Below the pieces are notes generated by a model, which did no database searches, had not been told where the DNA came from, and saw only the letters and a program-made list of their open reading frames with translations. This document shows, piece after piece, positions 7,576 to 17,599 of a DNA stretch of 38,812 nucleotides. The stretch spans positions 1 to 38,812 of the forward strand of contig JAFRJH010000154.1 of assembly GCA_017432385.1 (NCBI GenBank), given 5' to 3'. Source of the DNA: Kiritimatiellia bacterium (GTDB lineage Bacteria > Verrucomicrobiota > Kiritimatiellia > RFP12 > UBA1067). How positions within the stretch are numbered: position 1 is the first letter of the stretch; every line of letters begins with the position of its first letter. Made by a program: the position numbers and the translations under genes.

Positions 7576-8805
7576 ATGAACTTCGCTACGATTTTCAAGG
7601 TGTCGCTGAAGTCGCTTGGGCGCAATCCGATACGCTCGTTCCTCTCGTGCCTCGGCATCGGCATCGGAATCGTCGCCGTAATCCTCGCGATGGCGATAGG
7701 CGAGGGCGCCAAGACGATGCTTGTGCGCGAAATATCCAGCCTCGGCAACAACCTCGTCATGCTTTTCCCGGAGCGCCGCAACCAGGGGCCCGTCTCGGGC
7801 GGAATGGGCCAGGGGCAGACGATGACGGCCGAGGACGCGGAGGCGATCAAGCGCGAGCTCGGGCACCTCGTGCAGGGCGTGAGCCCGCAGGTGCGCACGT
7901 CGGTGCAGATGATGTACGGCGCGAAGAACTGGGCCGGCAACGTCCAGGGCGTCTCCACGGACATTCTCGGCATAAGCAACTGGACTGTCGGAGACGGGCG
8001 GTTCTTCACGGACGAGGAGACGCGCCTCGCGGCCCGCGTCTGCGTGATCGGCACGACCGTAAAGTCCAACCTGTTCGCCGCCGACGAGGACCCTGTCGGC
8101 AAGGTGATCCGCCTGAAGAACATGACGTTCAAGGTCATTGGCGTCCTCGAGTCGAAGGGCGCGAACAACTGGGGGCAGGACCAGGACGACGTGGTGATGG
8201 CGCCGTATACCTCGGTCCACCGCTACCTCCAGCGCTCGAAGTTCAACAACGTCAACATGATGAACATCTCGCTCGTGACGATGGACGACCTGGAGGACGC
8301 CCGCCGCGAGATCGGCGCGCTGCTCCGGCAGAGGCACCATCTCGCCGACTGGGAGGACAACGACTTCGAGACGCGCGACACGACGGAGATCATGAACACG
8401 ATCGGCTCGGCGACGGGCATCGTCGGGACGCTCCTGCTCATCTTCTCGGTCATAACCCTCGTCGTGGGCGGAATCGGCATCATGAACATCATGCTGGTCT
8501 CGGTCACGGAGCGCATCCGCGAGATCGGGCTCAGGATGTCCATAGGCGCGACGCCGCGCGGCATTCTCGTGCAGTTCTGCCTCGAGGCGATGGTTCTCTC
8601 CACGATCGGCGGCGCGGCGGGCGTGGCGGTGGGCGTCGGCGCGTCGTACGCGGTCGGCGCCGCCGCTGGCTGGCCGGTTCTCGTCTCGCCCGTCTCGGCG
8701 GTCTACGCGTTCGCCATATCGTCGGTGGTCGGGCTCTTCTTCGGCTTCTATCCCGCGTGGCGCGCGTCGAAGCTGAACCCGATCGACTGCCTGAGGTACG
8801 AATAG
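7576..8805 (+). CDS. ABC transporter permease, MacB-type (MacB periplasmic domain plus FtsX)
   Basis: N-terminal TM helix (FLSCLGIGIGIVAVI), a roughly 200-aa periplasmic domain, and three C-terminal TM helices typical of FtsX/MacB permeases. GAGGAGG Shine-Dalgarno. Confidence 0.85.
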   Translation: MNFATIFKVSLKSLGRNPIRSFLSCLGIGIGIVAVILAMAIGEGAKTMLVREISSLGNNLVMLFPERRNQGPVSGGMGQGQTMTAEDAEAIKRELGHLVQGVSPQVRTSVQMMYGAKNWAGNVQGVSTDILGISNWTVGDGRFFTDEETRLAARVCVIGTTVKSNLFAADEDPVGKVIRLKNMTFKVIGVLESKGANNWGQDQDDVVMAPYTSVHRYLQRSKFNNVNMMNISLVTMDDLEDARREIGALLRQRHHLADWEDNDFETRDTTEIMNTIGSATGIVGTLLLIFSVITLVVGGIGIMNIMLVSVTERIREIGLRMSIGATPRGILVQFCLEAMVLSTIGGAAGVAVGVGASYAVGAAAGWPVLVSPVSAVYAFAISSVVGLFFGFYPAWRASKLNPIDCLRYE

Positions 8806-8830
8806 CGCCGTGTCCGGCGTCCGCGCGGCA

Positions 8831-8859
8831 TTGCGGAATCGGGCGGGATTTTGTATAAT
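8831..8859 (+). promoter_or_regulatory. sigma70-type promoter (TTGCGG-17 bp-TATAAT)
   Basis: TTGCGG at 8831-8836 and TATAAT at 8854-8859. It is followed by an AAGGAGG Shine-Dalgarno and ATG-8882. Confidence 0.6.
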
Positions 8860-8881
8860 GCCCGGCAAGGAGGTTCAAGAC

Positions 8882-9118
8882 ATGAGGAGATTCCTGTTCT
8901 GGGTTTGCATGCTGGCGCTGGTGCCCGGCTCGATGTGGGGATACGGCGTCATACGCGGCGGACTTGACGCGCGGAAGGGCGGGCCATGCCCCGACGTGGA
9001 GCCCGCGGGCGACGTGCAGCGCATAGTCCACAAGGTCGTCCGCTCCGGCTATGACTGGTATTTCCGCAACTTCTCCAAGGTGAAGCCCCTCTCCGCCGAC
9101 TCGGAAGTCGGACTCTGA
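8882..9118 (+). CDS. small secreted hypothetical protein (78 aa)
   Basis: Internal ATG with a strong Shine-Dalgarno (AAGGAGG). Predicted signal peptide MRRFLFWVCMLALVPGSMWG. No recognisable family. Confidence 0.5.
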   Translation: MRRFLFWVCMLALVPGSMWGYGVIRGGLDARKGGPCPDVEPAGDVQRIVHKVVRSGYDWYFRNFSKVKPLSADSEVGL

Positions 9119-9130
9119 CGGGGGAGATCC

Positions 9131-9682
9131 ATGGAAACGGAAAAGACATATCTGTCGGCAGACGAATTTCTGCGCGACACGTGGCGGCTTGCCGCCGCGG
9201 TGAGGAGGTCGGGCTGGCGGCCGGACGTGATGGTGGCGCTCTGGCGCGGCGGAGCTCCCGTTGGCGTGGCGGTCCACGAATACCTGAAGTGCGCCGGGTG
9301 GTCCGTCCGGCACATCCCCCTCAAATGCGCGAGCTACACCGGCATCGGCGAGAACGAGGGGGAGGTCGTCTTCACGCTCGGCGAAGAGGTCTTCGGAATG
9401 CTTCGCCCCGGCGAAAGAGTCCTTGTCGTGGATGATGTGTTCGACACCGGCAAGACCGGCGTGGCCGTCAGGGCGTGGATCGCCGCGGCAGGGGCGGAGA
9501 TGAAGATGGCCTGCGTCTACTGGAAGCCGGGCAAGAACAGAACCGACATGAAGCCCGACTTCTTCGTCCGCGACGTCGGCGACGGATGGATCGTCTTCCC
9601 GCACGAGATCGAGGGCCTTGCGCCGGATGAAATCAGGCTCAAGGACCCGGTTCTGGCCGATCTGCTGGCCACGCACAAGTGA
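9131..9682 (+). CDS. phosphoribosyltransferase, Gpt-like (xanthine/guanine PRT family)
   Basis: PRPP-binding motif VLVVDDVFDTGKT. Overall layout resembles E. coli Gpt (W..RGG..PG near the N-terminus, WI.FP near the C-terminus). Confidence 0.7.
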   Translation: METEKTYLSADEFLRDTWRLAAAVRRSGWRPDVMVALWRGGAPVGVAVHEYLKCAGWSVRHIPLKCASYTGIGENEGEVVFTLGEEVFGMLRPGERVLVVDDVFDTGKTGVAVRAWIAAAGAEMKMACVYWKPGKNRTDMKPDFFVRDVGDGWIVFPHEIEGLAPDEIRLKDPVLADLLATHK

Positions 9683-9749
9683 CATTGGCGGGGTCGCGGC
9701 TGTTTTTTCGCGCTTTATTCCATGATTTTCAGGCGTTCGCCTGAGAATA

Positions 9750-9758
9750 TGGTATAAT
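9750..9758 (+). promoter_or_regulatory. extended -10 promoter element (TGGTATAAT) upstream of valS
   Basis: TGnTATAAT read at 9750-9758 in an AT-rich island 38 nt upstream of ATG-9796. No good -35 box. Confidence 0.5.
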
Positions 9759-9795
9759 ATTCGCTCATTTCCTGAAAAAGACGATTAATAAAGAC

Positions 9796-12615
<2,820 letters not shown>

Positions 12616-12645
12616 GGATGCAGATCAACTTCAAGGAGAAATGAA

Positions 12646-14436
12646 ATGAAGAAGTTCCTTAGCGCCAACGAAGCAGTCGCGCACGCCGCGGCGCAGGCCG
12701 GGTGCGTGGTCGCCTCGGCGTATCCCGGGACCCCCTCGACGGAAATCCTCGAGAACATCGCGAAGTTCAAGGACACCATCAAGTGCGAGTGGGCCGTAAA
12801 CGAGAAGGTCGCCGTTGAGACCGCGGTCGGCGCCTCGATGGCCGGCGCGAGGACGCTTACGGCGATGAAGCACGTCGGACTCAACGTCGCGATGGATCCG
12901 CTCATGACGTTCACCTACGTCGGGCCCCTGGGCGGCTTCGTCCTCGTGTCCGCCGACGATCCCGGCATGCACTCCTCGCAGAACGAGCAGGACAACCGCA
13001 ACCTCGCGAAGTTCGCGCGTGCGCTCCTCCTGGAGCCGGCCGACTCGCAGGAGGCGTACGACTTCACGCTCAAGGCGTTCGAGCTTTCGGAGAAGTTCAG
13101 CGTTCCGGTGATCATCCGCCTCACGACGCGCACGAGCCACTCTTCGTCGCTGGTCGAGCTGGGCGACTTCAAGCCGGCTCCGCATCCGCTCCTCCCCTAC
13201 GTCAAGGACATCCGCCGCAACATTCCAGTGCCGGCGTTCTCCCCGACGCAGCGCATGAACGCGCAGAAGCGCACGGCGGCGATGGAGAAGGAGGCGAACC
13301 GCTCCAAGTTCAACAAGGTGGTGAAGCCCGCGAAGGGCGTCAAGGTCTCCGCGAAGGCGAAGGGGCTTGGAATCGTCACGAGCGCCGTCGCGTACCAGTA
13401 CGTGAAGGAGATCTTCCCCGACTGCCAGATCCTCAAGCTCGGCTGGACGAATCCGCTTCCCAGAGCCCTCGTAGCGAAGTTCGCGAAGAGCGTGAAGAAG
13501 GTCCTCGTCGTCGAGGAGCTCGATCCGTTCCTCGAGGACCAGGTCAAGGCGATGGGCATCAAGGTCGTCGAGCACAAGACGGAGCTCAACATGCTCGAGC
13601 TCAACGCCGACCGCCTGCAGAACCTCCGCCACGAGATTCTCGGCGACGTCCCGAAGGCGAAGGCGAAGAAGGTCCCCGAGGGGCTTCCGACGCGTCCGCC
13701 CGTGCTCTGCGCGGGATGCGGTCACCGCGGCGTCTTCCACGTCCTCCACAAGCTCGGCGCGACGGTGACGGGCGACATCGGCTGCTACACGCTCGGGGCG
13801 TTTCCTCCCCTCAACGCGATGGACTCCACGATCTGCATGGGCGCGTCCATCGGCAACGCCGCAGGCATGCGCAAGGCGGGCCTCAAGGGGCGCATCTGCG
13901 CGGTCCTCGGCGACTCGACGTTCTTCCACAGCGGCATCACGGGGATACTCTCCGCGCTCTACAACGGAACGCCCGTCACGACCGTGGTGCTCGACAACCG
14001 CATCACCGCGATGACCGGACACCAGGACAACCCCGGCACCGGAAAGACTCTCGCGGGCGATCCCGCGCCCGTCACCGAGATCGCGGACATCGCGAAGGCG
14101 TGCGGCTACAAGAACGTCGTCAAGGTTTCGGCTGACGACCTTGGCGGACTCGAGAAGACGCTTTCGACGGCGATGGACTCGGGCGAGCCGTGGCTCGTCA
14201 TCGCCTACGCCCCGTGCCGGATCGCCGCGAAGCTGACCAAGGAGGGGCTCTGCGAAGTCGACCCCGAGAAGTGCAAGGCGTGCGGCGCCTGCTTCAAGAT
14301 GGGCTGCCCCGCGATGACGCGCGGCGCGGAGATCCGTCCCGGCGCATTCCAGATGAAGATCGACCCCAACCTCTGCGCTGGCTGCAGGCAGTGCGGCCAG
14401 GTCTGCAAGTTCGGTGCAATCAAGCGCGTCAGGTAA
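12646..14436 (+). CDS. iorA: indolepyruvate:ferredoxin oxidoreductase, alpha subunit
   Basis: N-terminal pyruvate-flavodoxin/ferredoxin oxidoreductase domain, a TPP-binding region (GDIGCYTLG...GDSTFFHSG), and two C-terminal 4Fe-4S motifs (CKACGAC..C, CAGCRQCGQVC). AAGGAGA Shine-Dalgarno. Confidence 0.8.
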   Translation: MKKFLSANEAVAHAAAQAGCVVASAYPGTPSTEILENIAKFKDTIKCEWAVNEKVAVETAVGASMAGARTLTAMKHVGLNVAMDPLMTFTYVGPLGGFVLVSADDPGMHSSQNEQDNRNLAKFARALLLEPADSQEAYDFTLKAFELSEKFSVPVIIRLTTRTSHSSSLVELGDFKPAPHPLLPYVKDIRRNIPVPAFSPTQRMNAQKRTAAMEKEANRSKFNKVVKPAKGVKVSAKAKGLGIVTSAVAYQYVKEIFPDCQILKLGWTNPLPRALVAKFAKSVKKVLVVEELDPFLEDQVKAMGIKVVEHKTELNMLELNADRLQNLRHEILGDVPKAKAKKVPEGLPTRPPVLCAGCGHRGVFHVLHKLGATVTGDIGCYTLGAFPPLNAMDSTICMGASIGNAAGMRKAGLKGRICAVLGDSTFFHSGITGILSALYNGTPVTTVVLDNRITAMTGHQDNPGTGKTLAGDPAPVTEIADIAKACGYKNVVKVSADDLGGLEKTLSTAMDSGEPWLVIAYAPCRIAAKLTKEGLCEVDPEKCKACGACFKMGCPAMTRGAEIRPGAFQMKIDPNLCAGCRQCGQVCKFGAIKRVR

Positions 14437-15605
14437 TGGAGCGCGTCGTCCTCAGGAAAGGGCGCGAGAGAAGCGTCCTGAAGGGGCATCCGTGGGTTTT
14501 CTCGGGTGCGGTCGAAGGCGGCGAGGCCGCCGCGGGCGAGCTCGTGGAGGTGTGCGATTCGAAGGGCGGGAAAATCGCGCTCGGATGGTACTCCCCCGCG
14601 TCGCAGATACGCGTGAGAATCGTCCCCGATGCGCCGGTCGCGGACCTCGTCGCCGCGGCGGTCGGTCGCCGCGCCGACTTCTTCGCGAACGCCTACACGA
14701 ACGCGGTGAGGCTAGTGAACGCCGAGTCCGACGGACTGCCGGGCGTCGTCGCGGACTACTACGCAGGCCATGTCGTCTGCCAGTTCACGTCCGCCGGCGC
14801 CGACGCGCGCAAGGCGGAGATCGCCGACGCGCTCATGAAGTTCGCGCCGTTCTGCCTGGGCGTCTCCGAGCGCCTTGACGCGGATTCCCGCGCCAGGGAG
14901 GGGCTTGCGACCGATGCGTCCTGTCCGCTTCTGTCAGGGGCGGAGCCGCCTGAGCTCATAGAGGTCGTCGAAGGGCCGGTGAAGTTCCTTGTCGACGTCC
15001 GCAGGGGCCACACGACCGGCTTCTACCTCGACCAGCGCGACGCGCGAGCGGCAGTCGGCGCGCTTGCGAACGGCGCAGACGTCCTCAACTGCTTCTGCTA
15101 CACCGGCGGCTTCGGACTCTTCGCGCGCGCCTGCGGGGCCGCGAAGGTGACGCAGGTCGACGTCTCGGCGGACGCTCTCGCGCTGGCGAAGAGGAACGAG
15201 TCGCTGGCGCACCTCTGCGGAACCGAGATGGAGTATGTCGAGGCGGACGTCTTCCAGTTCCTCAGGAAATGCCGCGACGAGGGGCGCAGGTTCGACATGG
15301 TCGTCCTCGATCCGCCGAAGTTCGCGGCGACGAAGGGGCAGCTCATGAGGGCGGCCCGCGGCTACAAGGACATCAACCTCCTCGCGATGAAGCTCCTTAA
15401 GCCGAACGGATACCTCGCGACGTTCTCGTGTTCCGGGGCGATGACTCCTGAGTTCTTCGACACGATTCTCGCCGAGGCCGCCGAGGACGCGAAGAAGGGC
15501 TTCCAGGTGGTCGCGCGGACGCGAGCGGGGATGGATCATCCGGTCGCGCTGTCCTTCCCCGAGGGCGCGTACCTCAAGGGCGTGGTGCTCAGGTCACTTT
15601 CGTGA
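14436..15605 (+). CDS. rlmI: 23S rRNA (cytosine1962-C5)-methyltransferase RlmI
   Basis: Near-colinear similarity to E. coli RlmI: KGRE.S.L..HPWVFSGAV, YSPASQIR.R, LVD...GH.TG.YLDQRD, LNCF.YTGGF, DPPKF, RGYKDIN.LA, FSCSG, DHP..L.FPEG.YLKG. ATG-14436 overlaps the iorA stop (TAATG). Confidence 0.88.
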   Translation: MERVVLRKGRERSVLKGHPWVFSGAVEGGEAAAGELVEVCDSKGGKIALGWYSPASQIRVRIVPDAPVADLVAAAVGRRADFFANAYTNAVRLVNAESDGLPGVVADYYAGHVVCQFTSAGADARKAEIADALMKFAPFCLGVSERLDADSRAREGLATDASCPLLSGAEPPELIEVVEGPVKFLVDVRRGHTTGFYLDQRDARAAVGALANGADVLNCFCYTGGFGLFARACGAAKVTQVDVSADALALAKRNESLAHLCGTEMEYVEADVFQFLRKCRDEGRRFDMVVLDPPKFAATKGQLMRAARGYKDINLLAMKLLKPNGYLATFSCSGAMTPEFFDTILAEAAEDAKKGFQVVARTRAGMDHPVALSFPEGAYLKGVVLRSLS

Positions 15606-15929
15606 CGGCGCGAGGGCCGAAAGCGCGACGGAGGCCTCGAACTGCGAAAGGGGGGTGGTGACTATCGCCACACCCTCGCGTTTCGCGGCCTCGGCCATGT
15701 CGTCCGGGATCGGACGGCCGTGGCAGATGACCACGATCTCTATTCCGTCGAGCGTGCAGACGGCGATGGCGTTGAGGTGGTTCTGTATGGTGATGAGGAC
15801 CGATTCGTCGCCGCAGTGCCCCATGACGTCCGACAGCAGGTCGCTCGCATAGGCGAACTTCGCCTCCGCGCCCGGCTTGTCGACCGCAATGCTCCCTCCG
15901 ACCTTCTCTACGATCTCCGCAAGTGTCAT
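15594..15929 (-). CDS. DRTGG domain-containing protein
   Basis: 111 aa with the ASDLLSDVM ... ITIQNHLNAIAV ... GRPIP ... EGV.IV.T pattern typical of stand-alone DRTGG proteins. Its start overlaps the stop of the upstream PHP gene (ATGA). Confidence 0.8.
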   Translation of the reverse strand: MTLAEIVEKVGGSIAVDKPGAEAKFAYASDLLSDVMGHCGDESVLITIQNHLNAIAVCTLDGIEIVVICHGRPIPDDMAEAAKREGVAIVTTPLSQFEASVALSALAPSRK

Positions 15930-16651
15930 ATGAACCTGATCCTTTCTGAAATCCTCGTTGCCTTCGCGGCGAAAGCGCTGCGAAGCCCCGCTACGCTGAA
16001 TTCACACTCCGCCTCGGTCCATACGCGCGCGACGTCGTCGAGGTTGTGCGCGTCGGACGAGCGCGTCGCGGCGTAGCCCGCAGCCCTGGGGAGCCACACC
16101 GACTCGTCCGCCGTCCTCGACAGCTCCACTGCGTCGAAGCAGTTCTCGGGGATCGCGCCCAGGGCGGAGAAGACCGAGAAGTTGGGGCGGTCGATGTGGG
16201 CGGCGATGTAGAGCCCGCCGAGCTCGTGCACCTTCGCGGACGTCTCCGGTATCGAGCGTCGGCAGCCCAAGGCGAGGATGCGCCACTCCATCTCGACGAT
16301 GTCGTCGTCCCACGTGACGACCGGCTGGTCTCCGAAGGTGTCGGGGTCGTTGACGCGCTTTGGCATGGCCTCGTACACCCACTCGGTGAGGGCTAGCGCC
16401 TCGTCGACCGTGTCGAAGAGGGCGACGGTGTGGACTTCCTCCGAGGTCTGGACCTCCATTCCGAAGAGGCATTTCAGTCCCGCGCGCCGTGCGCATTCCG
16501 CGATGGCGGGGCAGTTGCGCGCGGACTGGTGGTCGGTGAGGGCGATCCCGTCCATGCCCGCCGACTTTGCGCGCGCGACGATTTCCGCGGGGCTCATCTC
16601 GAGATTTGCGCACGGACTGAGGCAGGAATGGATGTGCAGGTCGAACTTCAC
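15926..16651 (-). CDS. PHP (polymerase/histidinol phosphatase) domain metal-dependent phosphoesterase
   Basis: KFDLHIHSCLSPCANLEMSP..IV.RAK..G.D.IALTDH ... GMEVQT.EEVH ... AHIDR ... SDAH. GTG-16651 is chosen because PHP proteins begin directly at the DLHxHS motif. The 563-aa ORF-track extension is antisense to the neighbouring gene and is rejected. Confidence 0.82.
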   Translation of the reverse strand: MKFDLHIHSCLSPCANLEMSPAEIVARAKSAGMDGIALTDHQSARNCPAIAECARRAGLKCLFGMEVQTSEEVHTVALFDTVDEALALTEWVYEAMPKRVNDPDTFGDQPVVTWDDDIVEMEWRILALGCRRSIPETSAKVHELGGLYIAAHIDRPNFSVFSALGAIPENCFDAVELSRTADESVWLPRAAGYAATRSSDAHNLDDVARVWTEAECEFSVAGLRSAFAAKATRISERIRFI

Positions 16652-16658
16652 GCCGCCT

Positions 16659-16667
16659 ATTATAGCA
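16659..16667 (-). promoter_or_regulatory. extended -10 element (TGCTATAAT) for the PHP-DRTGG operon
   Basis: The reverse complement of 16659-16667 reads TGCTATAAT. It is preceded by a T9 tract (16667-16675) and followed by 7 nt and then GTG-16651. Confidence 0.45.
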
Positions 16668-16718
16668 AAAAAAAAGCCATGGCGGTGCGTTTCCGCGCAG
16701 TCCGCGCCGCGCAATCCG

Positions 16719-16748
16719 TTGCGCCATGCGGGGTGATTGTGGTATAAT
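16719..16748 (+). promoter_or_regulatory. promoter (TTGCGC-18 bp-TGGTATAAT) for the RidA-like gene
   Basis: TTGCGC at 16719-16724, TG at 16740-16741, TATAAT at 16743-16748. An AAGGGAG Shine-Dalgarno precedes ATG-16781. Confidence 0.6.
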
Positions 16749-16780
16749 TGGGCTGTACAGCGAAGGGAGCGCACTGCCAT

Positions 16781-17599
16781 ATGTTCGCATTTCCTGAGAT
16801 AGACTTCACACCCCCCGGCGCCGCGGCGGCGAGGTCTGGCTTTGGCCTGAAGACGAGGGACGAGTGGGGGGATTACGCGCTGGTAAGGGGCGTGGGCCCG
16901 TCCGACTGCTCTGCTCCGCCATACGACCAGGCTCTTTCCGCCTTCGAGAACCTCGAGTCCGCCCTTGGCGATTTCGGCCTGGATTTCTCCCATGTGGTGC
17001 GCACCTGGATATACGCGGACGGGATCCTCGGCTGGTATCCCGACCTCAACCGGGCCCGCGACAGGTTCTTCCGGTCGCATGGCGTCTTCGACCGGTTCGT
17101 CCCGGCCTCCACGGGCATCGGCTGGTCGTGCGGCGGCGCGAGAATCGTCCTTGGGGCTTTCGCGGCGCGCGGCGCGCGGCCAGGCGCCGTGGAGCGCGAG
17201 CCATTGCCGAGCCCCCTGCAGTGCCCTGCGCTTGAATACGGGTCCAGCTTCTCCCGCGCGGCGGAGCTCCGCACGCCGGGATGGCGCCGCGTCCTCGTCT
17301 CGGGGACGGCGTCCATTCTGCCCGGCAGCCACGAGGTCGCGCATGTCGGCGACCTTGACGCGCAGATCGACTGCACCATGCGCGCGGTGGAGGCGATCTA
17401 CGCCTCGCGCGGCATGTCGTGGCGGGACATCACGGGCGCGCTCGTATACCTGAAGCAGGAGTCGTTCCGCCCTGCGTGGGACAGGTGGCTGGCGGGCAAT
17501 CCGGAGTTCCCCCGAGCCCACGCGCGTTCGATCGTGGCCGACGTGTGCCGGCCGGAATGGCTTTTTGAAATCGAATCGGATGCCTTGATATGCATGTAG
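16781..17599 (+). CDS. YjgF/RidA-fold protein with tandem domains, possibly FkbO/Hyg5/XanB2 chorismatase-like
   Basis: Two YjgF-like halves: HVVRTWIY...PASTGIG, and ITGALVYLK...ADVCRPEWLFEIESDAL. ATG-16781 lies downstream of the predicted transcription start. Family-level assignment only. Confidence 0.5.
   Translation: MFAFPEIDFTPPGAAAARSGFGLKTRDEWGDYALVRGVGPSDCSAPPYDQALSAFENLESALGDFGLDFSHVVRTWIYADGILGWYPDLNRARDRFFRSHGVFDRFVPASTGIGWSCGGARIVLGAFAARGARPGAVEREPLPSPLQCPALEYGSSFSRAAELRTPGWRRVLVSGTASILPGSHEVAHVGDLDAQIDCTMRAVEAIYASRGMSWRDITGALVYLKQESFRPAWDRWLAGNPEFPRAHARSIVADVCRPEWLFEIESDALICM

Noticed and set aside
9690-9745. Rho-independent terminator after the phosphoribosyltransferase gene. The candidates were the T6 run at 9703-9708 and the TCAGGC-gttc-GCCTGA hairpin at 9729-9744.
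   Set aside because: The T-run is not preceded by a convincing GC-rich stem, and the hairpin is not followed by a U-tract. Too weak to annotate.
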